A stretch of DNA of 58,445 nucleotides, the filler included, from Asterionella formosa (lineage: Eukaryota), in NCBI GenBank assembly GCA_002256025.1. It is 4 parts of 4 records of this genome, joined end to end, with 100 filler letters (N's around TTAATTAATTAA, not from the genome) between each part and the next. Parts side by side here need not be neighbours in the genome. Positions count along the whole stretch, not along the records: positions 1 to 14,540 come from NKIB01005945.1; positions 14,641 to 29,179 come from NKIB01005949.1; 2 more parts are not named here. The stretch is one strand, 5' to 3'. Under the pieces are notes generated by a model that made no database searches, was not told the origin of the DNA, and worked only from the letters and a program-made list of their open reading frames with translations. Below are positions 11,828 to 23,988 of the stretch, in pieces. The position numbers and the translations under genes are program-made. Position 1 is the stretch's first letter. Each line of letters begins with the position of its first letter.

Positions 11828-13227
11828 ATGACAGACTTTTCACACTCTACTCAGCTCCACGAATGGATTTACACGCCTCAACTTCTTCAACAATGCCGAA
11901 AGAGAGCCAATCGGCAGGCCCGAGACTACCTTTGTTTTGGTCCGGCGCCGAATAGTCAACCACCAGTCGCTGACTTCGCACGAGGATTCAAGGGAACACT
12001 TGAAGGAATCGACGACGGACCAGCAGAAAGTCCATCTGGAAATGCCTTTTTGTCTCCGGTAGAAGAGGGTTTGCTGGTGGACTTTTATGCGGCTAAATTG
12101 CCATCGTTGATTGGGCCTTTGGCACAACTGCCCCGGCTAAGAAGGGAAGTCAAAGTATCTGCAACTGCAGCTCTGTTGTTTCGAAGGTTCTACCTAAGTA
12201 ATTCAGTTATGTTGTTTGATCCAAAAGCAATAATGGTTGCCGCTGCCTTCCTAGCTTCAAAAGTGGAAGATGCCATGTCCCCAGTAAGTTTTGCATTTTG
12301 AACGCCTGAATAAACATGCATGCTTATAGTTTTTATAGTACCTTGTACCATGGTAACAATAAATTGGTGCTTCTACGCAACTGCAATTCACGAGCTCATC
12401 ACATTTCTAATTTGCTATTCCAAATTCTTAGGTCCAATACTTTGAAGAGGGAACCAAACTCATGAACGCTCCAGTAACGATGACTGAAATCCTATCTGCC
12501 GAGTTGACTCTACTTCCAGGTATTAAATTTGACTTTATGTGCTTCCATCCCTACAAGGCTGTCTTGGCATTTACTGAAGATCTTCGAACGTTTCTGAAAA
12601 CAGATAAGGGCCGAACAATGGCGACATTTACTGGCGATGTCAGAACAGTGATAGGTCAAGATCTTANNNNNNNNNNNNNNNNNNNNNNNNNNNNNNNNNN
12701 NNNNNNNNNNNNNNNNNNNNNNNNNNNNNNNNNNNNNNNNNNNNNNNNNNNNNNNNNNNNNNNNNNNNNNNNNNNNNNNNNNNNNNNNNNNNNNNNNNNN
12801 NNNNNNNNNNNNNNNNNNNNNNNNNNNNNNNNNNNNNNNNNNNNNNNNNNNNNNNNNNNNNNNNNNNNNNNNNNNNNNNNNNNNNNNNNNNNNNNNNNNN
12901 NNNNNNNNNNNNNNNNNNNNNNNNNNNNNNNNNNNNNNNNNNNNNNNNNNNNNNNNNNNNNNNNNNNNNNNNNNNNNNNNNNNNNNNNNNNNNNNNNNNN
13001 NNNNNNNNNNNNNNNNNNNNNNNNNNNNNNNNNNNNNNNNNNNNNNNNNNNNNNNNNNNNNNNNNNNNNNNNNNNNNNNNNNNNNNNNNNNNNNNNNNNN
13101 NNNNNNNNNNNNNNNNNNNNNNNNNNNTTTGGCCGAGAAGAAGAGTAAAAAGAAGAAAAAGGGTGATGGTGATGGCGAGGAAGACATAGAACCTGAAGCA
13201 AAGAAGATCAAGATGGAAGAACCATGA
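11828..13227 (+). CDS. CCNH: cyclin H (CAK/TFIIH subunit); intron 12284-12431, assembly gap 12667-13128
   Basis: N-terminal STQLHEW and cyclin box ATAALLFRRFYLSNSVMLFDPKAIMVAAAFLASKVED. In-frame GT-AG intron, then FDFMCFHPY. A basic C-terminus ending at TGA 13227 after the gap is assumed to belong to this gene. Confidence 0.85.
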
Positions 13228-13337
13228 TGTAATTTTTCTCATGTCGTCACCAAATGCTGTGATAGGACTACTTTTACTTTACAGTCTCGCTGTATCATAG
13301 CGGTCGATCCCATACATCGGAGCAAGTGATTTGAGCC

Positions 13338-14396
13338 CTAATCTTCCTTGGCTTCATTTATTCGACCAATGGTTTCTTTGTCACCAGTCATAATGAGTAG
13401 TCGCTCTGCTATTCGACCAACAACTGCCATGTAGTACTCCCAATAGGACAATTGTGCCTTAGCGGGAACGGTGTCAACCTCATCATCACTTCTAGGTTTA
13501 GATCGTAGAGTTGAGTAGGGTCGCCGTTTTTTTGAATCCTCATATAGACAATGACCTTCAGGTTTGCTATCACTGCTCACAGACCACATTTGCTGCATGG
13601 CTCGTTCTTGTCTCCTTCGGTTCCGTTCAGCTTCAACAACTGCTCGATGGATCATTTGCAACTCTCGTTGAATGGGTTGTGTATCTTCCACCATGCCGAG
13701 GGCCAGTTGTAAATCCTTCTTGGCCAAATCATAGCTCCCACTCAATCGCCGCGCCTTTCCTCGTCGAAAGTATAGCTTGGCTACAAGTGGATCGTCGATT
13801 TTATCATCATTCGTCTCAACAAGTTCATCCAAGGCCATGGTACAAAAGGTTTCTGTTTTGAGATACATGCCTAGCATCAACGTGCATTGAGCCAGGTTGT
13901 TGAGACATGGCAAAAACACTTGTCTCATAAAATCTTTGGAGTCACTCTTGACTACCAGACATGTCAAGTATACATCTAATGCTTCCTGGTACGACCCTTG
14001 TTGATACAAGGAATTCCCTTCGTTCCGTTGCAGGGCTGCCCATTTAATTTTATCAGCATCAGACAAATCCTTGACTTCCGCCGCGGCTTGCTGAAACTTG
14101 GACTGCATGTCTGCTACTTTTTGGTCCGACGGAGTTGCATTGCGTGTGGACCCATCCGGGAGGCGTCGCTGGAGTTCAAAGCGTGGATGCAATGGAACAT
14201 CGGGATCATCCAAACTTTTCAACGTGTCATTCACCTTGGTCAATAGATCTGAAGTGGTGAAGAACAGCTTTGTCTTGCCTTCTCCAGAGTTGTTGTTTGC
14301 TGAGGATGTCATGTCGCTACGATTTGGGCTGGCGGTACTTATTTTGGAACAGAACAAAGGTCCGTCGAGATGGTAATTGAGAGCAGTCGAAGTCAC
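13338..14396 (-). CDS. TPR-domain protein (FKBP/CyP40-type co-chaperone TPRs); first ATG at 14312
   Basis: RNEGNSLYQQGSYQEALDVY, CLNNLAQCTLMLGMY and KLYFRRGKARRLSGSYDLAKKDL form three TPR motifs. Confidence 0.8.
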   Translation of the reverse strand: MTSTALNYHLDGPLFCSKISTASPNRSDMTSSANNNSGEGKTKLFFTTSDLLTKVNDTLKSLDDPDVPLHPRFELQRRLPDGSTRNATPSDQKVADMQSKFQQAAAEVKDLSDADKIKWAALQRNEGNSLYQQGSYQEALDVYLTCLVVKSDSKDFMRQVFLPCLNNLAQCTLMLGMYLKTETFCTMALDELVETNDDKIDDPLVAKLYFRRGKARRLSGSYDLAKKDLQLALGMVEDTQPIQRELQMIHRAVVEAERNRRRQERAMQQMWSVSSDSKPEGHCLYEDSKKRRPYSTLRSKPRSDDEVDTVPAKAQLSYWEYYMAVVGRIAERLLIMTGDKETIGRINEAKED

Positions 14397-14976
14397 GATG
14401 TTAACACCAATGCGAACAAAGAATTACTTTAGTAAAGATAGCGAGAGGCTGAACGGAATATAGAAGCGTCAGTGATACATTATGTAGTCAGTGGCAATCC
14501 CTTTTTTTAAGCGGTTGTCAGTTCCTGGAGTGATGTCGGTNNNNNNNNNNNNNNNNNNNNNNNNNNNNNNNNNNNNNNNNNNNNTTAATTAATTAANNNN
14601 NNNNNNNNNNNNNNNNNNNNNNNNNNNNNNNNNNNNNNNNCTGGTACCTGGTACTGGCAAGCAAAATGTACGATAGTGCAGACCCTGCATTTTATCAATG
14701 ACCCTCAGGATCCAAAAGCCACGTACGAGAACTGTATGTAGGCTCTGGTACTGACTCAGTTGTCGACGTTGTGCAATCGTCCGCGTCGATACAACATATT
14801 ATATCATATGTAGTCCTCGTCTGTGCATCATGTTCACTTCTGATGATGCTGATCGAATGCTGACAATGAGCTGATGCGCAGCCATTCTCGATGCTTTCTT
14901 GCTTTCCACATTTCCCACAGCCTTCATAATAAATTGTTAGATCACTTTTTGTTTCTCTATTTCCCTTCTTTTCATC

Positions 14977-15845
14977 ATGACCAAGCTTAGTTCATTTGCT
15001 GTTGCCCTGGCTGTTGCCGCTATAGTGTCTGTGGAGGCATTCACTTCGCCAAGTCTCCAAAAGATGACCGCATTCTCGCGAGAAGTGCGGCTATTTGAAG
15101 ACAAAACAGATGCTGCTGCTAATACTGAAGCGGTCTTTATGCCACCATCAGATGATGATGTGGACGAAGACATGATGTTCGAAAAGGCAGAAGCATTAGG
15201 GCGAGGATCATCCAAGGTATGTTTGTTGGAGGGGGGCGGGTGGGGGTGGGCGCTGTTCATCGAACTAAAATACATGAACTATTCCCTGTGCAAACTGGGA
15301 TATTGGGTGTACTTGTTCATTATCTTTGTAACTAAAACTTTTGCTCATGTTTCCTTCATACCGTCACACAGGCAAAACGCGGAAAGCGCAAGAGTGGATC
15401 TGATTCCGGTAAGGTAGTGAACACGAAGGCGGCAGTGTCACTTGCCCCAGAGGAGATCTTTTACGAAGGGCCGCCAGCAATCACTGAAACAATCGCTCCC
15501 ACCATTTCTATTTTGACAGTTGTTGGTATCATCCCCGCTGCCGCCGCTTGGGCTCGTCAAGCTTGGGTTCGTTACAAGATTACAACTCGTCGTATTCGTG
15601 TCACTAGTGGAATCAACGGTAAGGATATGGCAGAAATTGTCTATCCTGACATTGTGGAACTTCGCACTGCCAAGCGACTCTTTGGCGATGGTGACCTGGT
15701 GGCGTTTTTACGGGATGGAGCCAAGTTTGAAATGAGAAATATCCCAAACTTCGATGAAGCGATGGAATTCATTTTGAAGAATGTCGATCCTGAGGTTGCC
15801 AAGCAATACAAGGAAAAGGGTGATGTCACTCGACCAGCGCAGTAA
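14977..15845 (+). CDS. plastid-targeted bPH_2/DUF304-type membrane protein (cyanobacterial-like); intron 15217-15371
   Basis: Signal peptide plus ASAFAP-like VEA-FTSP. An in-frame GT-AG intron joins the two ORFs. EEIFYEGPP...WVRYKITTRRIRVTSG...GDLVAFLRDG resembles cyanobacterial PH-domain proteins. Confidence 0.75.
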
Positions 15846-16031
15846 ATAACAATGCAAAGAATAGTTCATCGAGTATCGAAAGAAAAGCTAGGCTGAATGC
15901 CAATACACACGCATGACGACGCATGAAACAAGAATTCAATTCAATCTATGTAACAGTGTATCGATTAAATTATGCATTTATTTTAAAAGGTCAAGCATTC
16001 TACACATACATAAGTCATGCATGCTGTTTTG

Positions 16032-17458
16032 CTAGGCTTGCTTGAGAGTCACATCACCAACACTGAATTTCTTCTCCAATCCCAAATTACCAATCTTGGT
16101 GATGGCGAAGACCCACACATGTTCGCACGGGATTTGAGCAGGAGTCATACTGGGAACTTCGATGTTAAACATGCCATTGGCTCTGTACCAATCAATAGTG
16201 TTGTCACCATTTCCTAACATGCGCACTGTGGTCTCGTCGGTAGGCTCGACATTTATGAGTTCCAAGATGTTGTCATCGGGCCACACCAGAACCAACGCGT
16301 AGAGAGTCTCTAGTTCTTCATTCAGGGTGTAATATACATGTGTAGCATTTTCGTTTTGACAAACCGTCCAGGGTCGCGAGTTGAAGATGGCGTCACCATT
16401 CACCTTGAGCCAGCGTCCAATTCCCAAAAGTCTATCGACAAAAATGGGATTAATTGTTCCATCTGCACCTGGTCCAATATTCAATAACATATTCCCATTG
16501 AAAGCTACTGTCTCCACTAGTTCATCAAGCAATTCCTTCGTCGTCAAATAATCTGCATAACTTGCATTCCGATTCAAACCCCAAGACGTTTTGTCCACAG
16601 TCAAAGCGTTCTCCCATTTCTTTTCCACAAGCTTGCCAGGTTGGTAGCGATCATCGCAGGTCCAGAAGCCCCCATGCTTGCACATGCAATCATTTCCCCA
16701 CCGATCATTCCAAATAACTGTATCCTTAACTGTAGATTCGGTCGATAACCAAGCCAAAAAGTCGGTGGATGTCCAGTAGTCACTGTGGGCATCCCAACTG
16801 CCGTCGCTCCAAATGACATCTGGTTCGTACTTGTTCACCAGATCGTAAAGCTCAGGGATACACTTACTGGTAACGAATTCCCTTGTTGTAAAGTTATTTT
16901 TAGCATCTTGAATAAAAGCTGGATTGTACCATTCAAACATTGAATGATAGACTCCAAATTTGAGCGCCTGGTGTGTGTGAGGCGAGGTAGTCTGTTTTAT
17001 ACTTGTTGCTAAATCTCCCAAAATATCTCGTTTCGGTCCAACATCCATGGCATTCCAGTTCCACGTTGTGTCAATGTCCTTACTGTTCCAGTTGCAAAAT
17101 CCTTCGTGATGTTTGCTCGTTAGGACCACGTACTGCGCCCCACTGTTGGCAAACACGGTGGCCCATTCGTCAGGCCGGTACAATGTGGCATCAAAGCGTG
17201 ATGCGTATTCTTGGTAATGAAATCCTGGTCGTTCTGTTTGTTCAATAAACTTGACATAGTCTGGCTTCTTGGCCCCCTCCCAATTATTCCAAAACCATTC
17301 CGATCCAAAGGCAGGGACGGAAAAGACCCCCCAATGGATGAATATTCCGAATTTGGATTGGTCATACCATTCAGGAAGAGGACGACTATCTAGGGATTCC
17401 CAGTTGGGTTCATAGGAGTGTGAGAGATGTGGGAGAAGGAGCAGTACTAGGGAGAGAG
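16032..17458 (-). CDS. FUCA: alpha-L-fucosidase (GH29); 5' end runs into the gap
   Basis: The frame is open up to the gap: hydrophobic signal, YEPNWESLDSRPLPEWYDQSKFGIFIHWGVFSVP, VLTSKHHEGF, IWSDG (nucleophile Asp), WNDRWG, GNMLLNIGP. Confidence 0.92.
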
Positions 17459-18414
17459 NNNNNNNNNNNNNNNNNNNNNNNNNNNNNNNNNNNNNNNNNN
17501 NNNNNNNNNNNNNNNNNNNNNNNNNNNNNNNNNNNNNNNNNNNNNNNNNNNNNNNNNNNNNNNNNNNNNNNNNNNNNNNNNNNNNNNNNNNNNNNNNNNN
17601 NNNNNNNNNNNNNNNNNNNNNNNNNNNNNNNNNNNNNNNNNNNNNNNNNNNNNNNNNNNNNNNNNNNNNNNNNNNNNNNNNNNNNNNNNNNNNNNNNNNN
17701 NNNNNNNNNNNNNNNNNNNNNNNNNNNNNNNNNNNNNNNNNNNNNNNNNNNNNNNNNNNNNNNNNNNNNNNNNNNNNNNNNNNNNNNNNNNNNNNNNNNN
17801 NNNNNNNNNNNNNNNNNNNNNNNNNNNNNNNNNNNNNNNNNNNNNNNNNNNNNNNNNNNNNNNNNNNNNNNNNNNNNNNNNNNNNNNNNNNNNNNNNNNN
17901 NNNNNNNNNNNNNNNNNNNNNNNNNNNNNNNNNNNNNNNNNNNNNNNNNNNNNNNNNNNNNNNNNNNNNNNNNNNNNNNNNNNNNNNNNNNNNNNNNNNN
18001 NNNNNNNNNNNNNNNNNNNNNNNNNNNNNNNNNNNNNNNNNNNNNNNNNNNNNNNNNNNNNNNNNNNNNNNNNNNNNNNNNNNNNNNNNNNNNNNNNNNN
18101 NNNNNNNNNNNNNNNNNNNNNNNNNNNNNNNNNNNNNNNNNNNNNNNNNNNNNNNNNNNNNNNNNNNNNNNNNNNNNNNNNNNNNNNNNNNNNNNNNNNN
18201 NNNNNNNNNNNNNNNNNNNNNNNNNNNNNNNNNNNNNNNNNNNNNNNNNNNNNNNNNNNNNNNNNNNNNNNNNNNNNNNNNNNNNNNNNNNNNNNNNNNN
18301 NNNNNNNNNNNNNNNNNNNNNNNNNNNNNNNNNNNNNNNNNNNNNNNNNNNNNNNNNNNNNNNNNNNNNNNNNNNNNNNNNNNNNNNNNNNNNCTCGCTC
18401 ACACACCACTAATC

Positions 18415-20286
18415 ATGTCGCGCCTCCAAGAGCTCACTCCACATGCTGAAGTAATCTCCGGCAAACAAGCCCGAGCCGTCAATGTGGCAGCCGCCATGGG
18501 CCTACAGGCGGTCCTCAAGTCGAATTTAGGTCCCCGAGGAACGCTGAAGATGCTTGTTGGGGGAGCTGGACAAATCAAACTTACTAAGGATGGGCAGATT
18601 CTATTGAAAGAAATGCAGATTCAGCACCCAACCGCATGTATGATTGCAAGAACTGCGACTGCTCAGGTAAGTGGTAGAAGTTGTAGCATTTGTTTTTTGT
18701 TACCAGTACCTGGTAGTATTGATTGTAGTCCTGCTATGGTGACCATTAGACCCAGCGAGTGTGTGTCGTTGCAAAAAGTCTTGTATTCTACTCTAAATAC
18801 TCACAAACAATAACTAAACGCAGGATGATGTTACTGGAGATGGAACCACCTCCACAGTTCTGTTATGCGGAGAGCTCATGAGACAAGCGGAACGTTACGC
18901 ATCCGAAGGCTTACATCCCCGCGTTTTGGTCGATGGGCTTGATATTGCCAGAGATGCTGTGGTACAATTCCTTGATACCTTCAAGGTTGTCAAAGAGAAT
19001 TTGATTCAGAATAGAGAACTACTCGAATGTGTAGCTCGTACGTCCCTGTCGACCAAACTACATGCTGATTTGGCCGAACAACTCACGTCGGCTGTGGTGG
19101 ATGCCATCCAATGCATCCATGTGCCAGGCGAACCAATCGACTTGAATCGAGTGGAAACCATGGCCATGGAAAAAAACATGGGAACGGATTCGAGATTTGT
19201 CAATGGGATTGTCTTGGATCATGGGGGACGTCATCCGGACATGCCCAAGGTACTCAAGTCGTGTCATATTATGACTTGCAATGTTACTTTTGAATATGAA
19301 AAGACGGAAGTTCAATCAGGTTTCTTTTATAGCAATGCAGAAGAAAGGGAAAAGTTAGTGGAGAGTGAACGCAAGTGGCTAGATGAGAGATGCAAGGCTG
19401 TCATTGATTTCAAGAGAAGTGTGTGCAAGGACAATGAGGTTCGTTTTTGAATGGCATTGGGTCAAGTTTCCATGTCCTATACTGTGTTGACTTACTCATT
19501 TGTGTTTCATTTCAGTCGTTCGTCATGATTAACCAAAAGGGAATTGACCCCCTTTCACTTGACATTTTCGCCAAGGAAGGCATCCTCTGCTTGCGTCGGG
19601 CCAAGCGTCGCAACATGGAACGCCTCACTCTTGCGTGTGGTGGATCCCCCATCCATTCCGTTGAAGACTTGGAGAAGGAAATGTTAGGTTGGGCTGGGAA
19701 AGTATCGGAAGTTACCTTAGGAGACGACAAGTTTACCTTTGTCGAGGAGTGCGCCCACCCAAAGTCATGTACCCTATTATTACAGGGACCCAATGACTTT
19801 ACGATCAATCAAATCAAGGATGCTGTCAGAGATGGATTGCGTGCAACCAAGAATGCAATCGAGGATGAAGCCGTCGTTCCGGGGGGTGGAGCATTCGAGC
19901 TGGCGGCTGCCATGCATTTGAGAGCGACTGTTTGCAAGGAAACGAAAGGACGTGCCAAGTTGGGAGTTGACGCCTTTGCCGAAGCCTTGTTGGTGATCCC
20001 AAAGACGCTCGCTGAGAATTCAGGATTGGATGTGCAAGAGACGCTTTTGAATTTACAAGATGAGCGCGAGGCTACGGGAATGGCAATTGGGTTGAATTGT
20101 GTGACAGGTGAACCAATGTTGTCGGCGGAGGAAGGTATTTGGGACAACGTCCGCGTCAAGAGGCAATCGTTGTACTTGTCAACGGCCTTGGCAAATCAGC
20201 TTCTCCTGGTCGATGAAGTCATGCGAGCCGGAAAACAAATGGGAGCAAGACCCAGTGATGCCAACCCTATGGATCTTCACAACTAA
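18415..20286 (+). CDS. CCT6: T-complex protein 1 subunit zeta; introns 18667-18823 and 19439-19515
   Basis: [36 protein letters not shown] restored across intron 1; [34 protein letters not shown]. Confidence 0.96.
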
Positions 20287-20628
20287 AATCTTAGCAATAT
20301 TAACAATTGGCGTACTTTTCCAGCCCATACTACATTGCCTTCAGTGAATCGCACAATATTATGCAATACGAGTTACGAAATACTTTGTCCTTTCGGTACC
20401 ATGAATAAGGTAAATTGGCATTGTACCATGGCAGATCTTTCCGACCATCATTCAACTATATGTACGCCCGCCTCTACAAATAATACAACCGCAACTTCAA
20501 ACCACGTAACTGGTAGTTACAAGGACAATAAGCCTACCGGTAGACACGTGTATAATGTCCGTTGATTTGCACCGGCGAAGGCATCAAAACTGTGCATGGG
20601 TTGTTAGTTCGTCCTTGTCTATACCTTA

Positions 20629-20917
20629 TTAGCTTTCACTAGTGTCCATATCAAAAATATCCACAGGTTCCCATTCATCATCTGTAATGGCAAACACTAG
20701 ATGTAACTCTGAGTCGTTCTCGAGTGCACCAAGTGAATCGTCGTCATTCATAACTTTGCCAGTTGGGTGAACAATTCTCATTTGGTCTGTGGTGGTTTCA
20801 TCATCCCGATCCTTCAAAGCAATTTCTACTTGTGATTTCAAGAATGCTACAGTTTGAGTGGTGGGATGATGACACATGATAACAAATGTTTGATTCCTTC
20901 GTCGGAGACGAATGTAG
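20629..20917 (-). CDS. elongin-B-like ubiquitin-like protein (last exon; 5' exon in gap)
   Basis: After a CTAAC branch point and CAG acceptor the frame reads YIRLRRRNQTFVIMCHHPTTQTVAFLK...ENDSELHLVFAITDDEWEPVDI, an elongin B pattern. Confidence 0.65.
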
Positions 20918-22041
20918 CTGATGACAACGAGTTAGTTTTGTCAGGGTTCAACATCATCGCGCACATTTTCGCTATTTCNNNNNNNNNNNNNNNNNNNNNN
21001 NNNNNNNNNNNNNNNNNNNNNNNNNNNNNNNNNNNNNNNNNNNNNNNNNNNNNNNNNNNNNNNNNNNNNNNNNNNNNNNNNNNNNNNNNNNNNNNNNNNN
21101 NNNNNNNNNNNNNNNNNNNNNNNNNNNNNNNNNNNNNNNNNNNNNNNNNNNNNNNNNNNNNNNNNNNNNNNNNNNNNNNNNNNNNNNNNNNNNNNNNNNN
21201 NNNNNNNNNNNNNNNNNNNNNNNNNNNNNNNNNNNNNNNNNNNNNNNNNNNNNNNNNNNNNNNNNNNNNNNNNNNNNNNNNNNNNNNNNNNNNNNNNNNN
21301 NNNNNNNNNNNNNNNNNNNNNNNNNNNNNNNNNNNNNNNNNNNNNNNNNNNNNNNNNNNNNNNNNNNNNNNNNNNNNNNNNNNNNNNNNNNNNNNNNNNN
21401 NNNNNNNNNNNNNNNNNNNNNNNNNNNNNNNNNNNNNNNNNNNNNNNNNNNNNNNNNNNNNNNNNNNNNNNNNNNNNNNNNNNNNNNNNNNNNNNNNNNN
21501 NNNNNNNNNNNNNNNNNNNNNNNNNNNNNNNNNNNNNNNNNNNNNNNNNNNNNNNNNNNNNNNNNNNNNNNNNNNNNNNNNNNNNNNNNNNNNNNNNNNN
21601 NNNNNNNNNNNNNNNNNNNNNNNNNNNNNNNNNNNNNNNNNNNNNNNNNNNNNNNNNNNNNNNNNNNNNNNNNNNNNNNNNNNNNNNNNNNNNNNNNNNN
21701 NNNNNNNNNNNNNNNNNNNNNNNNNNNNNNNNNNNNNNNNNNNNNNNNNNNNNNNNNNNNNNNNNNNNNNNNNNNNNNNNNNNNNNNNNNNNNNNNNNNN
21801 NNNNNNNNNNNNNNNNNNNNNNNNNNNNNNNNNNNNNNNNNNNNNNNNNNNNNNNNNNNNNNNNNNNNNNNNNNNNNNNNNNNNNNNNNNNNNNNNNNNN
21901 NNNNNNNNNNNNNNNNNNNNNNNNNNNNNNNNNNNNNNNNNNNNNNNNNCCACCATCATTCCATAGATACCAGCTAACATAACTTGATATATGCTATCAT
22001 TACATCTCCATTAATCCACAATAAATGCACATACTACGATC

Positions 22042-23988
22042 ATGACAATTCCATTCCACGCACTTTTGAAACTGACTTTCTTTCTTGTACTACTCCCATT
22101 TTTGGCCACGTTTCTGCACTTGCGCCTCGTCACTTATCGAACCAATGTTGTCTTTGTGGGTCCCGTTGATGTTCTGCCCAATAGGAAGATCAAGAATCAT
22201 ATGAATGTCGACGCCTTTTATGGTGTTTGGCAAGGCTTTACTACTGACGACAAGCAATTCTTTTTCAAGGTAACAAGGAGATCCAACATGGAGCACTTGT
22301 GGTGGGGGTGGCCATGTATTACGCGAGTATCTAAGCTACTGAAAGACTCGGTCTCCATGGACGCGACAATGGCGGTACAGCCACTATTGAGATACAATAG
22401 CATTGACAAGCGATGGTGTTTGAGCAATGGAGATTTGATCGTTTGCTCTACCGCCATTGCAGGTAGCGGTGACGCCCTATCCCCTCCTTCTGGGATTTGG
22501 GCAAAGGATGCAATGTCCAACCTATCTATTCGATTGTCTCATTATGGTCCGAGGGAAAATTTAAATGTGCGCAATAAAAAGACTCGGAAGAATCAAAATC
22601 TCGAGCAAGTAATCACCAGACCGGCCACAACACTGTTGATGGCCATTAATATTGCTCTCGCCTATCTCTATTGGAACAGACGAACCAATCCAGCAGATGT
22701 CAGCAAGGTGTATAGCAAGATTGTGTATGATCATGAGTTATGGAGGAGCTTTACTGGAGCAACGGCACACTTCGAAGCCCTGCATCTTGGATTCAACATG
22801 ATGGCCCTGTATTCACTTGGAACGGAACTTGAAGAAGGATTTGGATCTATTCCATTTCTATTTTACAACATTTCATTGATACCAATCACAACCATTATCA
22901 TGATGGTGACTATTTATATTCAAATAAAGGTTACTGGAAATGCTGCTTTAGCTGAGACTTCTACAGTTGGGTACTCCGGAGTATTATTTGCTTGGATGGT
23001 AGTTGCTTCCCTCGAACAACCGCAAACGTGTCCGATTCCTTTTTTTGAAAATATATGCTTCAAAACACACGACTTTATGGGCTTCAAGTGGAATGTGGCA
23101 CCTATCGTGCAACTCGTTGTTGCTCAATTTATCATGCGACGAGTCAGTTTTTTGGGACATTTTGCTGGTATTGTGGCTGGCTTTCTCCTCCATTGGCACG
23201 TTTTGCCATTGGACGTAGTTCAACCTTGCGTTTTGATTCCATTGTTGTACTTCATTCATCTCTGGTGTATCAGTGGATATCTTCCAATTGGTGGGACTAT
23301 GGCGGATCCAGAGACAGAATTTCTTGATGCTCAACAAGGAGGACCCAGGTTTGACGCAAGGAGGCACAAACGTGAAAGAGATCAATCAATGAAGAGACTG
23401 ATGTCATGGATGACATGTGTTATGATCTTGTTTGTTGTTACATTAGGGATGATGATGGATATCACCATGGTTGTTATTTTTGCTTTGCAGACCGCTCTGT
23501 TCAACTTTTGTCGACAAGCGCATGCACGGCTTATTGCTACATCAACGAACTCAACTGATTTGGCGAGAGAAACGCAACGTCTTGGAGCCTTGTGGAAGGT
23601 TCATATACTAGCGACTATCTTAGCCGTGGTCACGAACTCCATGACACTCGCGAGTTGGTACATTACAGGGGACTACTGGCACGGAACCAATGTCGTTGTC
23701 AGTTATCTACTAGCATCTATTATGCTTTGCACCACAATTATTGTGCAGATACTCGGTTTAACTTTGGCATGCAAATCACTCGATGGTATCGGTCAATGTG
23801 GATCAGGTGTGTTTTTCCAAACTTTTAGGTTTGCAGTATTGGACAATGCCATTGTTGTCGGCACGAGTATCGTTCCCTTTTTGACCAAAACAACCAACTG
23901 GACTGCATTTGAAGGGCAGGGAGTTATTTTAGGAACCAAACCGTCCTCTCGCAGTGAAAGCGATGAACAAGTCTCAGATGTATTATAA
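22042..23988 (+). CDS. rhomboid-family intramembrane serine protease (RHBDD1-like) with N- and C-terminal extensions
   Basis: ELWR, HFEALHLGFNM, VGYSGVLF (catalytic Ser) and SFLGHFAGIVAG (catalytic His); multiple TM segments. Confidence 0.88.
   Translation: MTIPFHALLKLTFFLVLLPFLATFLHLRLVTYRTNVVFVGPVDVLPNRKIKNHMNVDAFYGVWQGFTTDDKQFFFKVTRRSNMEHLWWGWPCITRVSKLLKDSVSMDATMAVQPLLRYNSIDKRWCLSNGDLIVCSTAIAGSGDALSPPSGIWAKDAMSNLSIRLSHYGPRENLNVRNKKTRKNQNLEQVITRPATTLLMAINIALAYLYWNRRTNPADVSKVYSKIVYDHELWRSFTGATAHFEALHLGFNMMALYSLGTELEEGFGSIPFLFYNISLIPITTIIMMVTIYIQIKVTGNAALAETSTVGYSGVLFAWMVVASLEQPQTCPIPFFENICFKTHDFMGFKWNVAPIVQLVVAQFIMRRVSFLGHFAGIVAGFLLHWHVLPLDVVQPCVLIPLLYFIHLWCISGYLPIGGTMADPETEFLDAQQGGPRFDARRHKRERDQSMKRLMSWMTCVMILFVVTLGMMMDITMVVIFALQTALFNFCRQAHARLIATSTNSTDLARETQRLGALWKVHILATILAVVTNSMTLASWYITGDYWHGTNVVVSYLLASIMLCTTIIVQILGLTLACKSLDGIGQCGSGVFFQTFRFAVLDNAIVVGTSIVPFLTKTTNWTAFEGQGVILGTKPSSRSESDEQVSDVL

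Noticed and set aside
14585..14596. TTAATTAATTAA embedded in N-runs (also at 29224-29235 and 43859-43870)
   Set aside because: An identical six-frame-stop spacer centred in gaps; this is a scaffolding artefact.
17410..18412. Long X-filled ORFs spanning N gaps (also near 12.5, 21, 24.3 and 26.8 kb)
   Set aside because: Open only because Ns contain no stop codons.
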